Source of the DNA: an uncultured bacterium
GTDB lineage: Bacteria; Verrucomicrobiota; Verrucomicrobiia; Limisphaerales; UBA8199
NCBI GenBank assembly: GCA_963749495.1
Contig: CAVVMW010000010.1
Span: forward strand, 416,001 to 480,000
Length of the DNA: 64,000 nt
Direction of reading: 5' to 3'
Under the pieces are notes generated by a model. That model saw nothing but the letters and a program-made list of their open reading frames with translations, did not search any database and was not told the DNA's origin. Positions 20,566-32,814 of this stretch are shown here, piece after piece (within the stretch, counting starts at the first letter, position 1; every line of letters begins with the position of its first letter). Made by a program: the position numbers and the translations under genes.

Positions 20566-22452
20566 ATGAACCTGAATTCGCAAAACCGTTCTCTCGTTGC
20601 GTTGTCGCTGGCAGTTCTGGGTTTGTTCTTGGCCGTGCAGCAGACCGCCGGCTCCGTGGCTCAACGCGTGGTGTTCGATGGCGTAGAGTCCGAGCACAAG
20701 TGGGCCCTGAAGGAACTCGAGCCGGATTTGCCGGCTGACTGGACGGGCTGCGATTACCTGGTGCTCGAGATGAGGGCCTCCTCTCCGCAGCGTTTTGCCC
20801 TCACACTTTATAGCACCAACCTCACGCAGCGCCGGCAGATGCACCCGCTGCCCAACGTGTGGATCCGCGCGGCCGTGCCGTTGCAGTATTACCGGCGGCC
20901 GAACCGCACCGGCTTCGACCTCGCCTCGGTCGGCAAGGTCGCGCGGGATTCCTTCTGGATTGGCACCGGCGGGGTGTATGGGCCGCTCAACGCGGTGACC
21001 GCCATCGGCGTGAGCATGCAGGCGCCGCTCGGGCAGCCGACGCTCGAAATCCGGTCGGTCAGGCTGGCCAAGGAAGACCCAGGGTCCGGCATCCTCGACC
21101 AAAAGCCGGTGGTGGACGAGTTCGGCCAATGGATTCCGGCCGACTGGCCCGGCAAGGTGAAGAACCTCGCTCAACTCAAACAGGCTTGGGCTGCCGAGGA
21201 GGCGAGCCTGGGCGCGGGTGATTTTGGCTATTGCCCGTATGGCGGGTATCTCAACACGAAGGCGAAAGCAACCGGCTTCTTCCGTGTCGAGCAGGCAGAC
21301 GGGCGTTGGTGGTTTGTTGATCCCGACGGCCACCATTTTTTCTCCACGTCTTCCACTGGCATGAGCGGCCGCGGCGGGGATGCCCGCCTGCAGGGCCGCG
21401 AGGACTACTTCGCCGCGCTGCCGCCGGCGGACCCGACGGGCGGGCGCCGCTCGACGCCCAGCTTTTACGCCTGGAACCTGGCGCGCCGGCACGGGTCGGA
21501 GGCGCGCACAAACTGGATTGAGCTGGCGCTGCGCCGGCTCGACTCCTGGGGCCTGAACACCATCGGCAACTGGAGCGATCCCCGTCTTTGGGACACCCAC
21601 CGGAAGGCCTACCAGGTCAACCTGGGCGGCTGGAGCATGAGAACCGGTTACATGGGTTTGCCCGATGTCTATTCCGAGGAATTCCCCAAGACGGTGGACC
21701 GGGACGCGCAAACGCAATGCGCGCCCCGCAAGGATGATCCCTGGCTGCTGGGTTACTTCATCGCCAACGAACCGCCCTGGCCGGGCCGCGAATCGCTTGT
21801 CGTGGACCTCATCCTCGAGGGTCCGCCCAGCGCCATCCAGCGGGAAGCCAAGGCCTTTCTTGGCGCCGACGACACGCCGGAGCGGCGGAAACAGTTTATC
21901 TACCGCGCCTTCGAGAAATACCTCGAGGTGATCATTGCCGGCATCCGCCGCCACGACCCGAACCATCTGATCCTCGGCATCCGCTTCGGCGGCTCGCTGC
22001 CGCCCCCGGAGATGTTGCGCGCGTCCAAGGCATTCGATGTCTATAGCATGAACGTGTACGCCACCGAGGTGAATGTGAAGACGATGCAAGAGATTTACCG
22101 CGTCACCGGGCGGCCTATCCTCATCGGCGAGTTCCACTTTGGGGTTCCGGGCCGGGGCCTCGCAGCGGGTCTGGTGCAGGTGCGCGACCAGTCCGAACGC
22201 GGGGTGGCCTATCGCTACTATGTCGAACAAGCCGCCGCGTTTCCGGCCTTCATCGGCTCGAGCTGGTTTCAATGGGTGGATCAGCCCTGCACCGGCCGCA
22301 TGGACGGCGAGAACTACAACATCGGCCTGGTGGATGTCACCGACCAGCCCTATGGGGAGCTCATCGAGGCGATGCGCGCGACGCACCGCCGGCTCCAGGG
22401 TGTGCATGCCGGAACGCTCGCCCCTTTCGCCACAAAGCCGCGGGCGCAATGA
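20566..22452 (+). CDS. Secreted glycoside hydrolase, GH50/beta-agarase-like
   Basis: VDEFGQW...WPGK, ATGFFRVEQADGRWWFVDPDGH, WGLNTIGNWSD, LLGYFIANEP, DPNHLILGIRF, LIGEFHFG, DGENYNIGLVDVTD. Confidence 0.88.
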   Translation: MNLNSQNRSLVALSLAVLGLFLAVQQTAGSVAQRVVFDGVESEHKWALKELEPDLPADWTGCDYLVLEMRASSPQRFALTLYSTNLTQRRQMHPLPNVWIRAAVPLQYYRRPNRTGFDLASVGKVARDSFWIGTGGVYGPLNAVTAIGVSMQAPLGQPTLEIRSVRLAKEDPGSGILDQKPVVDEFGQWIPADWPGKVKNLAQLKQAWAAEEASLGAGDFGYCPYGGYLNTKAKATGFFRVEQADGRWWFVDPDGHHFFSTSSTGMSGRGGDARLQGREDYFAALPPADPTGGRRSTPSFYAWNLARRHGSEARTNWIELALRRLDSWGLNTIGNWSDPRLWDTHRKAYQVNLGGWSMRTGYMGLPDVYSEEFPKTVDRDAQTQCAPRKDDPWLLGYFIANEPPWPGRESLVVDLILEGPPSAIQREAKAFLGADDTPERRKQFIYRAFEKYLEVIIAGIRRHDPNHLILGIRFGGSLPPPEMLRASKAFDVYSMNVYATEVNVKTMQEIYRVTGRPILIGEFHFGVPGRGLAAGLVQVRDQSERGVAYRYYVEQAAAFPAFIGSSWFQWVDQPCTGRMDGENYNIGLVDVTDQPYGELIEAMRATHRRLQGVHAGTLAPFATKPRAQ

Positions 22453-22880
22453 GGGGCGAAATAGCCCAGCCCAGGGCTTGGCGCCCCGTCGTCCCTCGTT
22501 CCGCCAGCCCCGCCCCCCCTTTGGGGGTCAGGAGCCGCTACACTGCTACAACCCCGGTAAATCCGGCTCTTTTTGACTCCAGGGCGCTACACGAGCCGTT
22601 ACAAGGTGTTACAACCTCGGCCGTGGTTTTTGCACAAGACCTTTTGGGACCCGGCAAGGGCGCTCGGAAGGTTAATGAAAACGCAGAGACGCAAAGACCG
22701 CAGAGAAGAAAAACCAAGGAGAAGAGCTTGTGCGCATGCACAAGAGATCCTGCTCAAAATCAACGATTCTCGGAATCTGCACCGCAAAACACCTCGGAGA
22801 CTGGTGCTGTTGGCCTTCTCTGCGTTCTTTGCGTCTCTGCGGTTGAATAGACGCCCCCGAAGTCTCCGAGCCGTCGTCGC
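22453..22880. repeat. Cluster of REP-like elements (GCCCAGCCCAGGG type and ACGCAGAGACGCAAAG inverted-repeat type)
   Basis: ACGCAGAGACGCAAAGACCGCAGAG ... CTCTGCGTTCTTTGCGTCTCTGCG (22681-22841); TAGCCCAGCCCAGGG at ~22462. Confidence 0.75.
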
Positions 22881-22960
22881 CCCTCTGGCGCGCGCAACAG
22901 GCCGGTGCTGTTCGGCGGCCATTACTTGGGCGACAAGCGGGCCTGTGCAGCGGCTCGGAT

Positions 22961-23419
22961 TCACCGGCGCTTCTGAGCAAGGTTGATTACGGTCAGCCCC
23001 GCTGCCTCGGCGAGGGTAATCTGGTCGGCGTCGAAGGAGACCATGGCCTCAGCCGCCACCTCGATGGCAATCGCAACGTGGAAAAGGTCCATCGAGCGGA
23101 TCACCATCCTCAACGAGTGTTCGGCTCTGAGTTCGCCGGCCGTGCGCACAGCGTCAGTCCAGTCGAACTCGACATGCGGCCAATACCCGAGTCTTACTTC
23201 CTGCTCCAGCAGCCGGATGATCTGGCGCGACTCACCCATTGCCAGGAGACCGGAGCGTTCCGCCTGGCAAAAGCTATTAAATACTTCGACACGTTGCCAG
23301 GGCGTCCATAGCACCTCCGCATCCGGTTCGCGATCAAACAGGCTCAGTGCCGCTGCATGCTGGGTATCACGCCGGCACTTGTAACCCAGCCACCACGAGG
23401 TGTCCGCATAAATTCTCAT
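22961..23419 (-). CDS. vapC: PIN-domain (VapC-type) toxin
   Basis: IYADTS, EVFNS, RSMDLFHVAIA, SFDADQ..LAEAAGL: PIN acidic residues present. Confidence 0.9.
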   Translation of the reverse strand: MRIYADTSWWLGYKCRRDTQHAAALSLFDREPDAEVLWTPWQRVEVFNSFCQAERSGLLAMGESRQIIRLLEQEVRLGYWPHVEFDWTDAVRTAGELRAEHSLRMVIRSMDLFHVAIAIEVAAEAMVSFDADQITLAEAAGLTVINLAQKRR

Positions 23420-23640
23420 TTTTTCAGCGAGACGAGAAAGGCCGTCCCGTCGAATTTCGAAGCTTTGAGATTGCCGACAGCGCGCGCTTCCGCCAGCTTC
23501 CGCGTCATTCTTGGTCTCGGGCTCTTGCTCACTACAAACTTGGGCTTGCCCTTGGCCGTCACGACCAGTTGCTTCCCTTCAGCCAGCCCATCCACCAGGC
23601 CGGCGTTGTGATAAAACTCACGAACGGTGACTGTTTTCAT
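23416..23640 (-). CDS. Phd/YefM-like antitoxin
   Basis: MKTVTVREF...GKQLVVTAKGKP; ATGA overlap with the PIN gene. Confidence 0.85.
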   Translation of the reverse strand: MKTVTVREFYHNAGLVDGLAEGKQLVVTAKGKPKFVVSKSPRPRMTRKLAEARAVGNLKASKFDGTAFLVSLKK

Positions 23641-23664
23641 ACGTTAGACAATGCCGTCTAACGT
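23641..23664. promoter_or_regulatory. Perfect palindromic operator of the TA operon
   Basis: ACGTTAGAC-AATGCC-GTCTAACGT directly abutting the antitoxin ATG; TTGATT (-35-like) further upstream on the minus strand. Confidence 0.75.
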
Positions 23665-23707
23665 TGCTGAAATCAAGGCCGGATTTGAAGCGCCCTAATC
23701 CTTCATC

Positions 23708-24020
23708 CTTCACACCGTGTGATCCTCGCGGATGATGGTGCGGCAGCCGCCGGCCAGGCTGGGGCGCCAGTTTTTGGGCGGTTTGGTCTTCTTGAGTTCG
23801 TCCAGTTGTCCGATTTCCTTGAGGCGCTGGTAGATGAGTTGCCAGGCACAAGGGCGGGCGGGGTCCACTTCGCACCGGTCTTCGCGGGAGCCGCTGCACG
23901 GGCCATTGAGCATCTGTTTGGCGCAGCGGGTGATCGGGCAAATCCCGCCGTATTGGTGGAGCACACAGGCGCCGCAGGCCGCGCACTTTTCGGACCAAAC
24001 CCCGCGTTTCTCGAGGATGC
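23708..24020 (-). pseudogene. Duplicated 3' third-to-half of metV (313 bp)
   Basis: Aligns to 25266-25578 with 6 mismatches; lacks the N-terminal part. Confidence 0.93.
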
Positions 24021-24110
24021 GTAGTGAGGTTCGGGTTTCGTCCTCCGTTTGGCGTTCCGGAGCCGACTGATCCCGGGCCCGGCGTCCTATGCTGGTCGGT
24101 TCTTCAACGG

Positions 24111-25078
24111 TCAATGCGGCCTGCCATACGGCGGCGATTTTTCGGCCAGAGTAAGCGCCAATTGGCTTTTGGGAGCTTCCGCTTCCACAATGCCATTCAG
24201 CTCGACCTCTATGGTTTGGCCTTGGAAGTGGGGATAAAGCGCGGAGAGCCGGGGGATGGCCTGTTCGGCGAGGTGAAAATAGTCCGCGTCAATCTCCAAG
24301 CCGCTTGAGGCGTAGCCGACGGCTTCAGCTGCGGCGATGGTTGACCCGGAACCCATGAACGGGTCAAGAATGGTTCCCTCTCCCAGGGGCAGCAACGCGC
24401 GCACGATGATACGCATGAAATGCTGGGGCTTGAGGCAGGGGTGGTCGGAGATGGTCTCTTCGCGCTTGGGGGTGCGGCCGCTCGGGATCGCGTCCGGCAG
24501 CGGTCTATCTAGTGAGAGCCGGCGCAGGCTCCAGTCTTCCACCGCCGCAAGTTTTCGGCGACGGTCCCGGCGCCGATGGGTTTGCGGAAGAGCATCCAGG
24601 GTTCGTACGCCCCTTTTGGACTGACGCAGACTTCGGGGAATTCGGTTTCGGCGTTCTTGGGCCGGTCACCGCCGCGAAAACTGTAATAGAGACGCATAAG
24701 GGCGGGGCGGACTTCGTAGCCGGCCTCAGCCATAGCGCCTTGAACATGGTGTTGAAGAATCGGGTGGCCGGCCACACAGACATGCGCGCCTGGAACGAGC
24801 ACGCGGAGGAGAAGCCCGCCCCAATCCCGAAAATAGTCTCGAAGGTGCTGTTTTTGTTCCGCGGTCAAGATAGTGAAGCGTGGCAACGGGTCGCGGTGGC
24901 TGCCGCCGACCTTGGGTGGGAGCCGCCACACGCCGCCGTGTCCCGCGCGGAGCTTGGCCAGTTCTTTCTCCGTGAACTCCAGAATCCCATACGGAGGGTC
25001 GGTGCACACGGCCTGCAGCGAGTGCGCGGGGCAACCCCGCAGCCAATCGAAGCAATCCGTGTTTTCAATCCGATACAC
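24111..25078 (-). CDS. N4-cytosine/N6-adenine DNA methyltransferase (beta-type motif order); apparent frameshift ~24530
   Basis: VCTDPPY in ORF 24509..25078; HPCLKP and ILDPFMGSGSTIAAA..GLEID in ORF 24111..24542; no cognate endonuclease adjacent. Confidence 0.88.
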
Positions 25079-25267
25079 ACCCCATTTTTCAACTATAGGC
25101 GAAAGACAAGCAAGTGAAAGTGGGAGGGACGACGAAATTGCGAGACGGCTCGGTGTATTTGGACCCGAGGGCTGTGGACTTCAAACGGCGGCGGCAGGCG
25201 CGATCGGGCGCGATTCCCGAGTTTTCGATTTTTAGCCAGACGTGAGGCGAGCTCTCCCTGGGTTTCT

Positions 25268-25936
25268 TCACACCCTGTGATCCTCGCGGATGATGGTGCG
25301 GCAGCCGCCGGCCAGGCTGGGGCGCCAGTTTTTGGGCGGTTTGGTCTTCTTGAGTTCGTCCAGTTGTCCGATTTCCTTGAGGCGTTGGTAGATGAGTTGC
25401 CAGGCACACGGGCGGGCGGGGTCCACTTCACACCGGTCTTCGCGGGAGCCGCTGCACGGGCCATTGAGCATCTGTTTGGCGCAGCGGGTGATCGGGCAAA
25501 TCCCGCCGTATTGGTGGAGCACACAGGCGCCGCAGGCCGCGCACTTTTCGGACCAAACCCCGCGCTTCTTGAGGATGCCGATAAAGGCCGTGTCCAGGCC
25601 CGCGTAAACCGGCTTGCCGGTGTACCGCTCCGCCAGGGCCTGAACGCCGGCGCCGCAACCCAGGGAAAGAACGGCATCGTGGCTCTTGATAGCATCGGCG
25701 GCCTGCTCGAGAAAGACGTTGTCGCACTGGCGTTCGATCGTCGCTTCTTCGACTTCAAGGGGCAGGCCCTTGAGTCGTGCCGCCATGCGCAGCGCGGAGG
25801 CGATGATGCTGACTTCACGCTGCCCGCCGGCCAGGCAGACGGTGACGCAGGTGCCGCAACCGAGCAAAAGGAGCTTCTGGTGCTTTTCCACTATGGCCAA
25901 CAGGTCAGGGATTGTTTTTCGTTGTGCGACGATCAT
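25268..25936 (-). CDS. metV: MetV (methylene-THF reductase small/C-terminal Fe-S/Zn subunit)
   Basis: ATG 25936 MIVAQRK; GCGTCVTVC, ERQC, CGAGVQ, CAACGAC, CPITRCAKQMLNGPC, CEV...CAWQLIY. Confidence 0.9.
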   Translation of the reverse strand: MIVAQRKTIPDLLAIVEKHQKLLLLGCGTCVTVCLAGGQREVSIIASALRMAARLKGLPLEVEEATIERQCDNVFLEQAADAIKSHDAVLSLGCGAGVQALAERYTGKPVYAGLDTAFIGILKKRGVWSEKCAACGACVLHQYGGICPITRCAKQMLNGPCSGSREDRCEVDPARPCAWQLIYQRLKEIGQLDELKKTKPPKNWRPSLAGGCRTIIREDHRV

Positions 25937-26522
25937 GAGGATGTCTCCGGTTTTGAGGAACCTGAGTGTTTGAGAGGGTGTCCGAAAGACTCGCCGGAGT
26001 GAAAACTTTGTCGCAGCCTTTGTCGAGACCTTTGTCGGGTTCGCCATCTTTCGACAAAGGCTGCGACAAAGGCTGCGACAAAGATTCGCAATCGGAGTTT
26101 TTCGGACATGCTTTGAGAGGGTTCGGTCCCAGTTTGCGCACCGTTTGCACCATATCCGCAATCGTATCCGCCAAGGGCCGGGCCATGGCGGCGGAAACGT
26201 TGACCATGCGGATGCGGTCTGTTTCAATGCCGATTTCCATGAGCAGGTCCCGGGTATAATTGACCCGGCGTTTGGCGCAAAGGTTGCCCTCGACAAAATG
26301 GCAGCCGCCTTCGAGGCAGCCCGCCACCAGGACGCCGTCCGCGCCATTTTCCAAGGCCTTCATGAAATACTCGGTCTCCAGGCGGCCGGTGCACGGGGTG
26401 CGGATGATGCGCACATTGGGAGGGTACTGAATGCGCATCGAGCCTGCCAGGTCGGCGGAGGAATAGGCACAGTAATGGCAGCAAAAGGCCAAAATCCTGG
26501 GTTCAAAGGCTTGGGATTCCAT
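25905..26522 (-). CDS. mvhD: MvhD/FlpD [2Fe-2S] subunit; C-terminus extended by MITE insertion
   Basis: FCCHYCAYSSADLAG, PCTGR, GADGVLVAGCLEGGCHFVEGN; native end restored by deleting 25974-26116. Confidence 0.93.
   Translation of the reverse strand: MESQAFEPRILAFCCHYCAYSSADLAGSMRIQYPPNVRIIRTPCTGRLETEYFMKALENGADGVLVAGCLEGGCHFVEGNLCAKRRVNYTRDLLMEIGIETDRIRMVNVSAAMARPLADTIADMVQTVRKLGPNPLKACPKNSDCESLSQPLSQPLSKDGEPDKGLDKGCDKVFTPASLSDTLSNTQVPQNRRHPHDRRTTKNNP
25971..26116. mobile_element. 140-bp MITE with IS5-like termini and TGA duplication, carrying CGACAAAGG repeats
   Basis: TGA|GAGGGTGTCCGAAA ... TTTTTCGGACATGCTT|TGA. Interior (CTTTGTCG)x3 inverted against (CGACAAAG)x3. Confidence 0.85.
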
Positions 26523-26525
26523 GGC

Positions 26526-31107
<4,582 letters not shown>

Positions 31108-31114
<7 letters not shown>

Positions 31115-31273
31115 GGTAACTGTTCGGGTGGGGATGCGTGGGGCAGACCTCTGGTCTGCCGGTTGGAGGGGCCTCTGGCCCCGAGGCTCGCAACTGGAAG
31201 GGACACGGAGCCGGAGGCTCCGTGAACCGGCAGACCGGAGGTCTGCCCCACACCAGTAGAGTTACCGCTCATG
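31108..31273. mobile_element. 150-bp MITE with GTAACT/AGTTAC ends and 8-bp duplication, carrying REP doublet copy 2 (31138-31251)
   Basis: CGCTCATG at 31108-31115 and 31266-31273 (the hdrA start region) flank GTAACT...AGTTAC. Confidence 0.85.
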
Positions 31274-32236
31274 TCAGTTTGCCGCCACCCTTTCCAAGAC
31301 CCTCGATGCTGGGACCATCAGCTTGCGGAACCCCAGCGCATCGGGGCGAAGGCCAAGACAAAGCCCAAGAAGCTGGGTGATATAGACGATGGGCATTTGG
31401 TAGTTCCTGCCGGTTTGCTTGTGGATGTCCTGCTGCCGCAGATCGAGGTTGACCTGGCACATGGGGCAAGTGACCGCGATACAGTCGGCGCCCGCGCGGG
31501 CGGCCATGCCGAGAATCGAATCCGCGAGCTGAACCACCACGTCCGTTCGCGAGAGCGAGAGCCCGCCGCCGCAACACTCGACTTTGCACGGCCAGTCCAG
31601 GCTCCGGCCGCCCATCGCTTCGACCAACCGGTCAAGGGACGTTGGATCTTCCGGGTCATCGAATTTCATGACCTTTGGCGGACGCACCAGCAGGCACCCG
31701 TAGTAACAAGCCACCTTGAGGCCGTTGAGCGAATGTTCAACGGCGCGGGAGATTGCCTTCAGTCCCACGTCGTCCAGGAGCACTTCGAGGAAATGCCGTA
31801 CTTTGACCGAGCCATCATAATCGCGCTCCAGCGCCTGGGCGACCTGCTCGCGGATGGCTGGGTGGGCCGCGATTTCGGAGTTGGCCACTTTCATCCGGTT
31901 GAAGCAAGCGGCGCAATTGACCACCATGTCCAGTTTCATGCCCTGGACTTTGGCCATATTGGCGGCGGGCAATGACACGGCCAGGAAAGGATCGGTCTGG
32001 TGGGCGGCGGTCGCGCCGCAGCAGGTCCAGCCTTTGGGTTCGACCAGGTCAATGCCCAGCGCGCGCGCCACCGCCAGAGTGGATTGGTGCATGTCCCGGG
32101 CTGTCGATTCAGCCGAGCACCCTGGAAAATAGGCATACCTCAGAGCGTGGCCGGGAAATGATCGTGGCAGGGGCGTCTCGCCCCTGTCTTCTACGGGCGA
32201 GACGCCCGTGCCACAATTATTTGGACTCGCTCTCAT
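31274..32236 (-). CDS. hdrB: Heterodisulfide reductase subunit B
   Basis: YAYFPGCS, WTCCGA, CAAC, YYGCLLVRP, ECCGG, CPMCQVNLD; ATG 32236 overlaps the hdrC stop. Confidence 0.95.
   Translation of the reverse strand: MRASPNNCGTGVSPVEDRGETPLPRSFPGHALRYAYFPGCSAESTARDMHQSTLAVARALGIDLVEPKGWTCCGATAAHQTDPFLAVSLPAANMAKVQGMKLDMVVNCAACFNRMKVANSEIAAHPAIREQVAQALERDYDGSVKVRHFLEVLLDDVGLKAISRAVEHSLNGLKVACYYGCLLVRPPKVMKFDDPEDPTSLDRLVEAMGGRSLDWPCKVECCGGGLSLSRTDVVVQLADSILGMAARAGADCIAVTCPMCQVNLDLRQQDIHKQTGRNYQMPIVYITQLLGLCLGLRPDALGFRKLMVPASRVLERVAAN
32140..32235. mobile_element. 90-bp MITE (same family as in hdrA), in frame just after the hdrB start codon
   Basis: TCA|GAGCGTGGCCGGGAAAT ... ATTTGGACTCGCTC|TCA; REP arms GTGGCAGGGGCGTCTCGCCCC / GGGCGAGACGCCCGTGCCAC; removal gives MRYAYFPGC. 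Confidence 0.92.
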
Positions 32237-32799
32237 GCTTGGGGTCCTTGGTTCTGTTTGGATTGCTTGAAGATGCGGCCCACAGTCTTGCGGTCGCCCC
32301 CGCGCGGAGGCAGCAGTGCAATCTTTCCCTTCTTGAGCATCGTCGGGAATTTCTCGGTGTCGTTCATCCATGTTCCCGTGCCGAGTTTGTAAGCGGCGAC
32401 CATCCCGATTTCATAGGTGCGGCCGAACATTTCGACCGTTCTCAGGAATGCCCGGTTAAACAACGGCACATTGCCGGCCGGCTTGGGCGCGCCTCGTTCG
32501 AGGGCCAGCCTGCGCAACGCATCGATGACCGCTGCGACATCGATCCCCATCGGGCAGCGGGCGGAACAGGTCTCACACGAGGCGCACGTCCAGAGGAGAT
32601 CGCTGGCCAGCAGTTCGTTGCCTGCGCCCAGGTGCAGTTGCCGCATGATTTCCGACGGCCGCGACCTGGCCAGCTTGGCCACCGGACAACCGCTGGAGCA
32701 TTTCTTGCATTGGAAACAGACGCTCACGGCCGCGCCGCACATCTTTTCCACGGCGTCCTTCAAGCCAGGGCCGGTCTTCTTTTTCTTGATAGTGATCAC
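32233..32799 (-). CDS. hdrC: Heterodisulfide reductase subunit C
   Basis: CFQCKKCSSGCP and WTCASCETCSARCP (2x[4Fe-4S]); FLRTVEMFGR. Confidence 0.93.
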   Translation of the reverse strand: MITIKKKKTGPGLKDAVEKMCGAAVSVCFQCKKCSSGCPVAKLARSRPSEIMRQLHLGAGNELLASDLLWTCASCETCSARCPMGIDVAAVIDALRRLALERGAPKPAGNVPLFNRAFLRTVEMFGRTYEIGMVAAYKLGTGTWMNDTEKFPTMLKKGKIALLPPRGGDRKTVGRIFKQSKQNQGPQA

Positions 32800-32814
32800 G
32801 ACAGTTGCCTCTCG

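Noticed and set aside
23708..25578. Diversity-generating retroelement TR/VR pair (also considered for the 83-bp and 66-bp repeats)
   Set aside because: Mismatches are not adenine-specific on either strand and no reverse transcriptase is present in the window.
26006..26083. CRISPR-like array from CTTTGTCG/CGACAAAG units
   Set aside because: Units are ~12 bp, inverted, without unique spacers; no cas genes.
25268..26347. 359-aa MvhD-MetV fusion suggested by the ORF track
   Set aside because: The upstream part is an off-frame read of mvhD through the MITE; the true metV start is ATG 25936.
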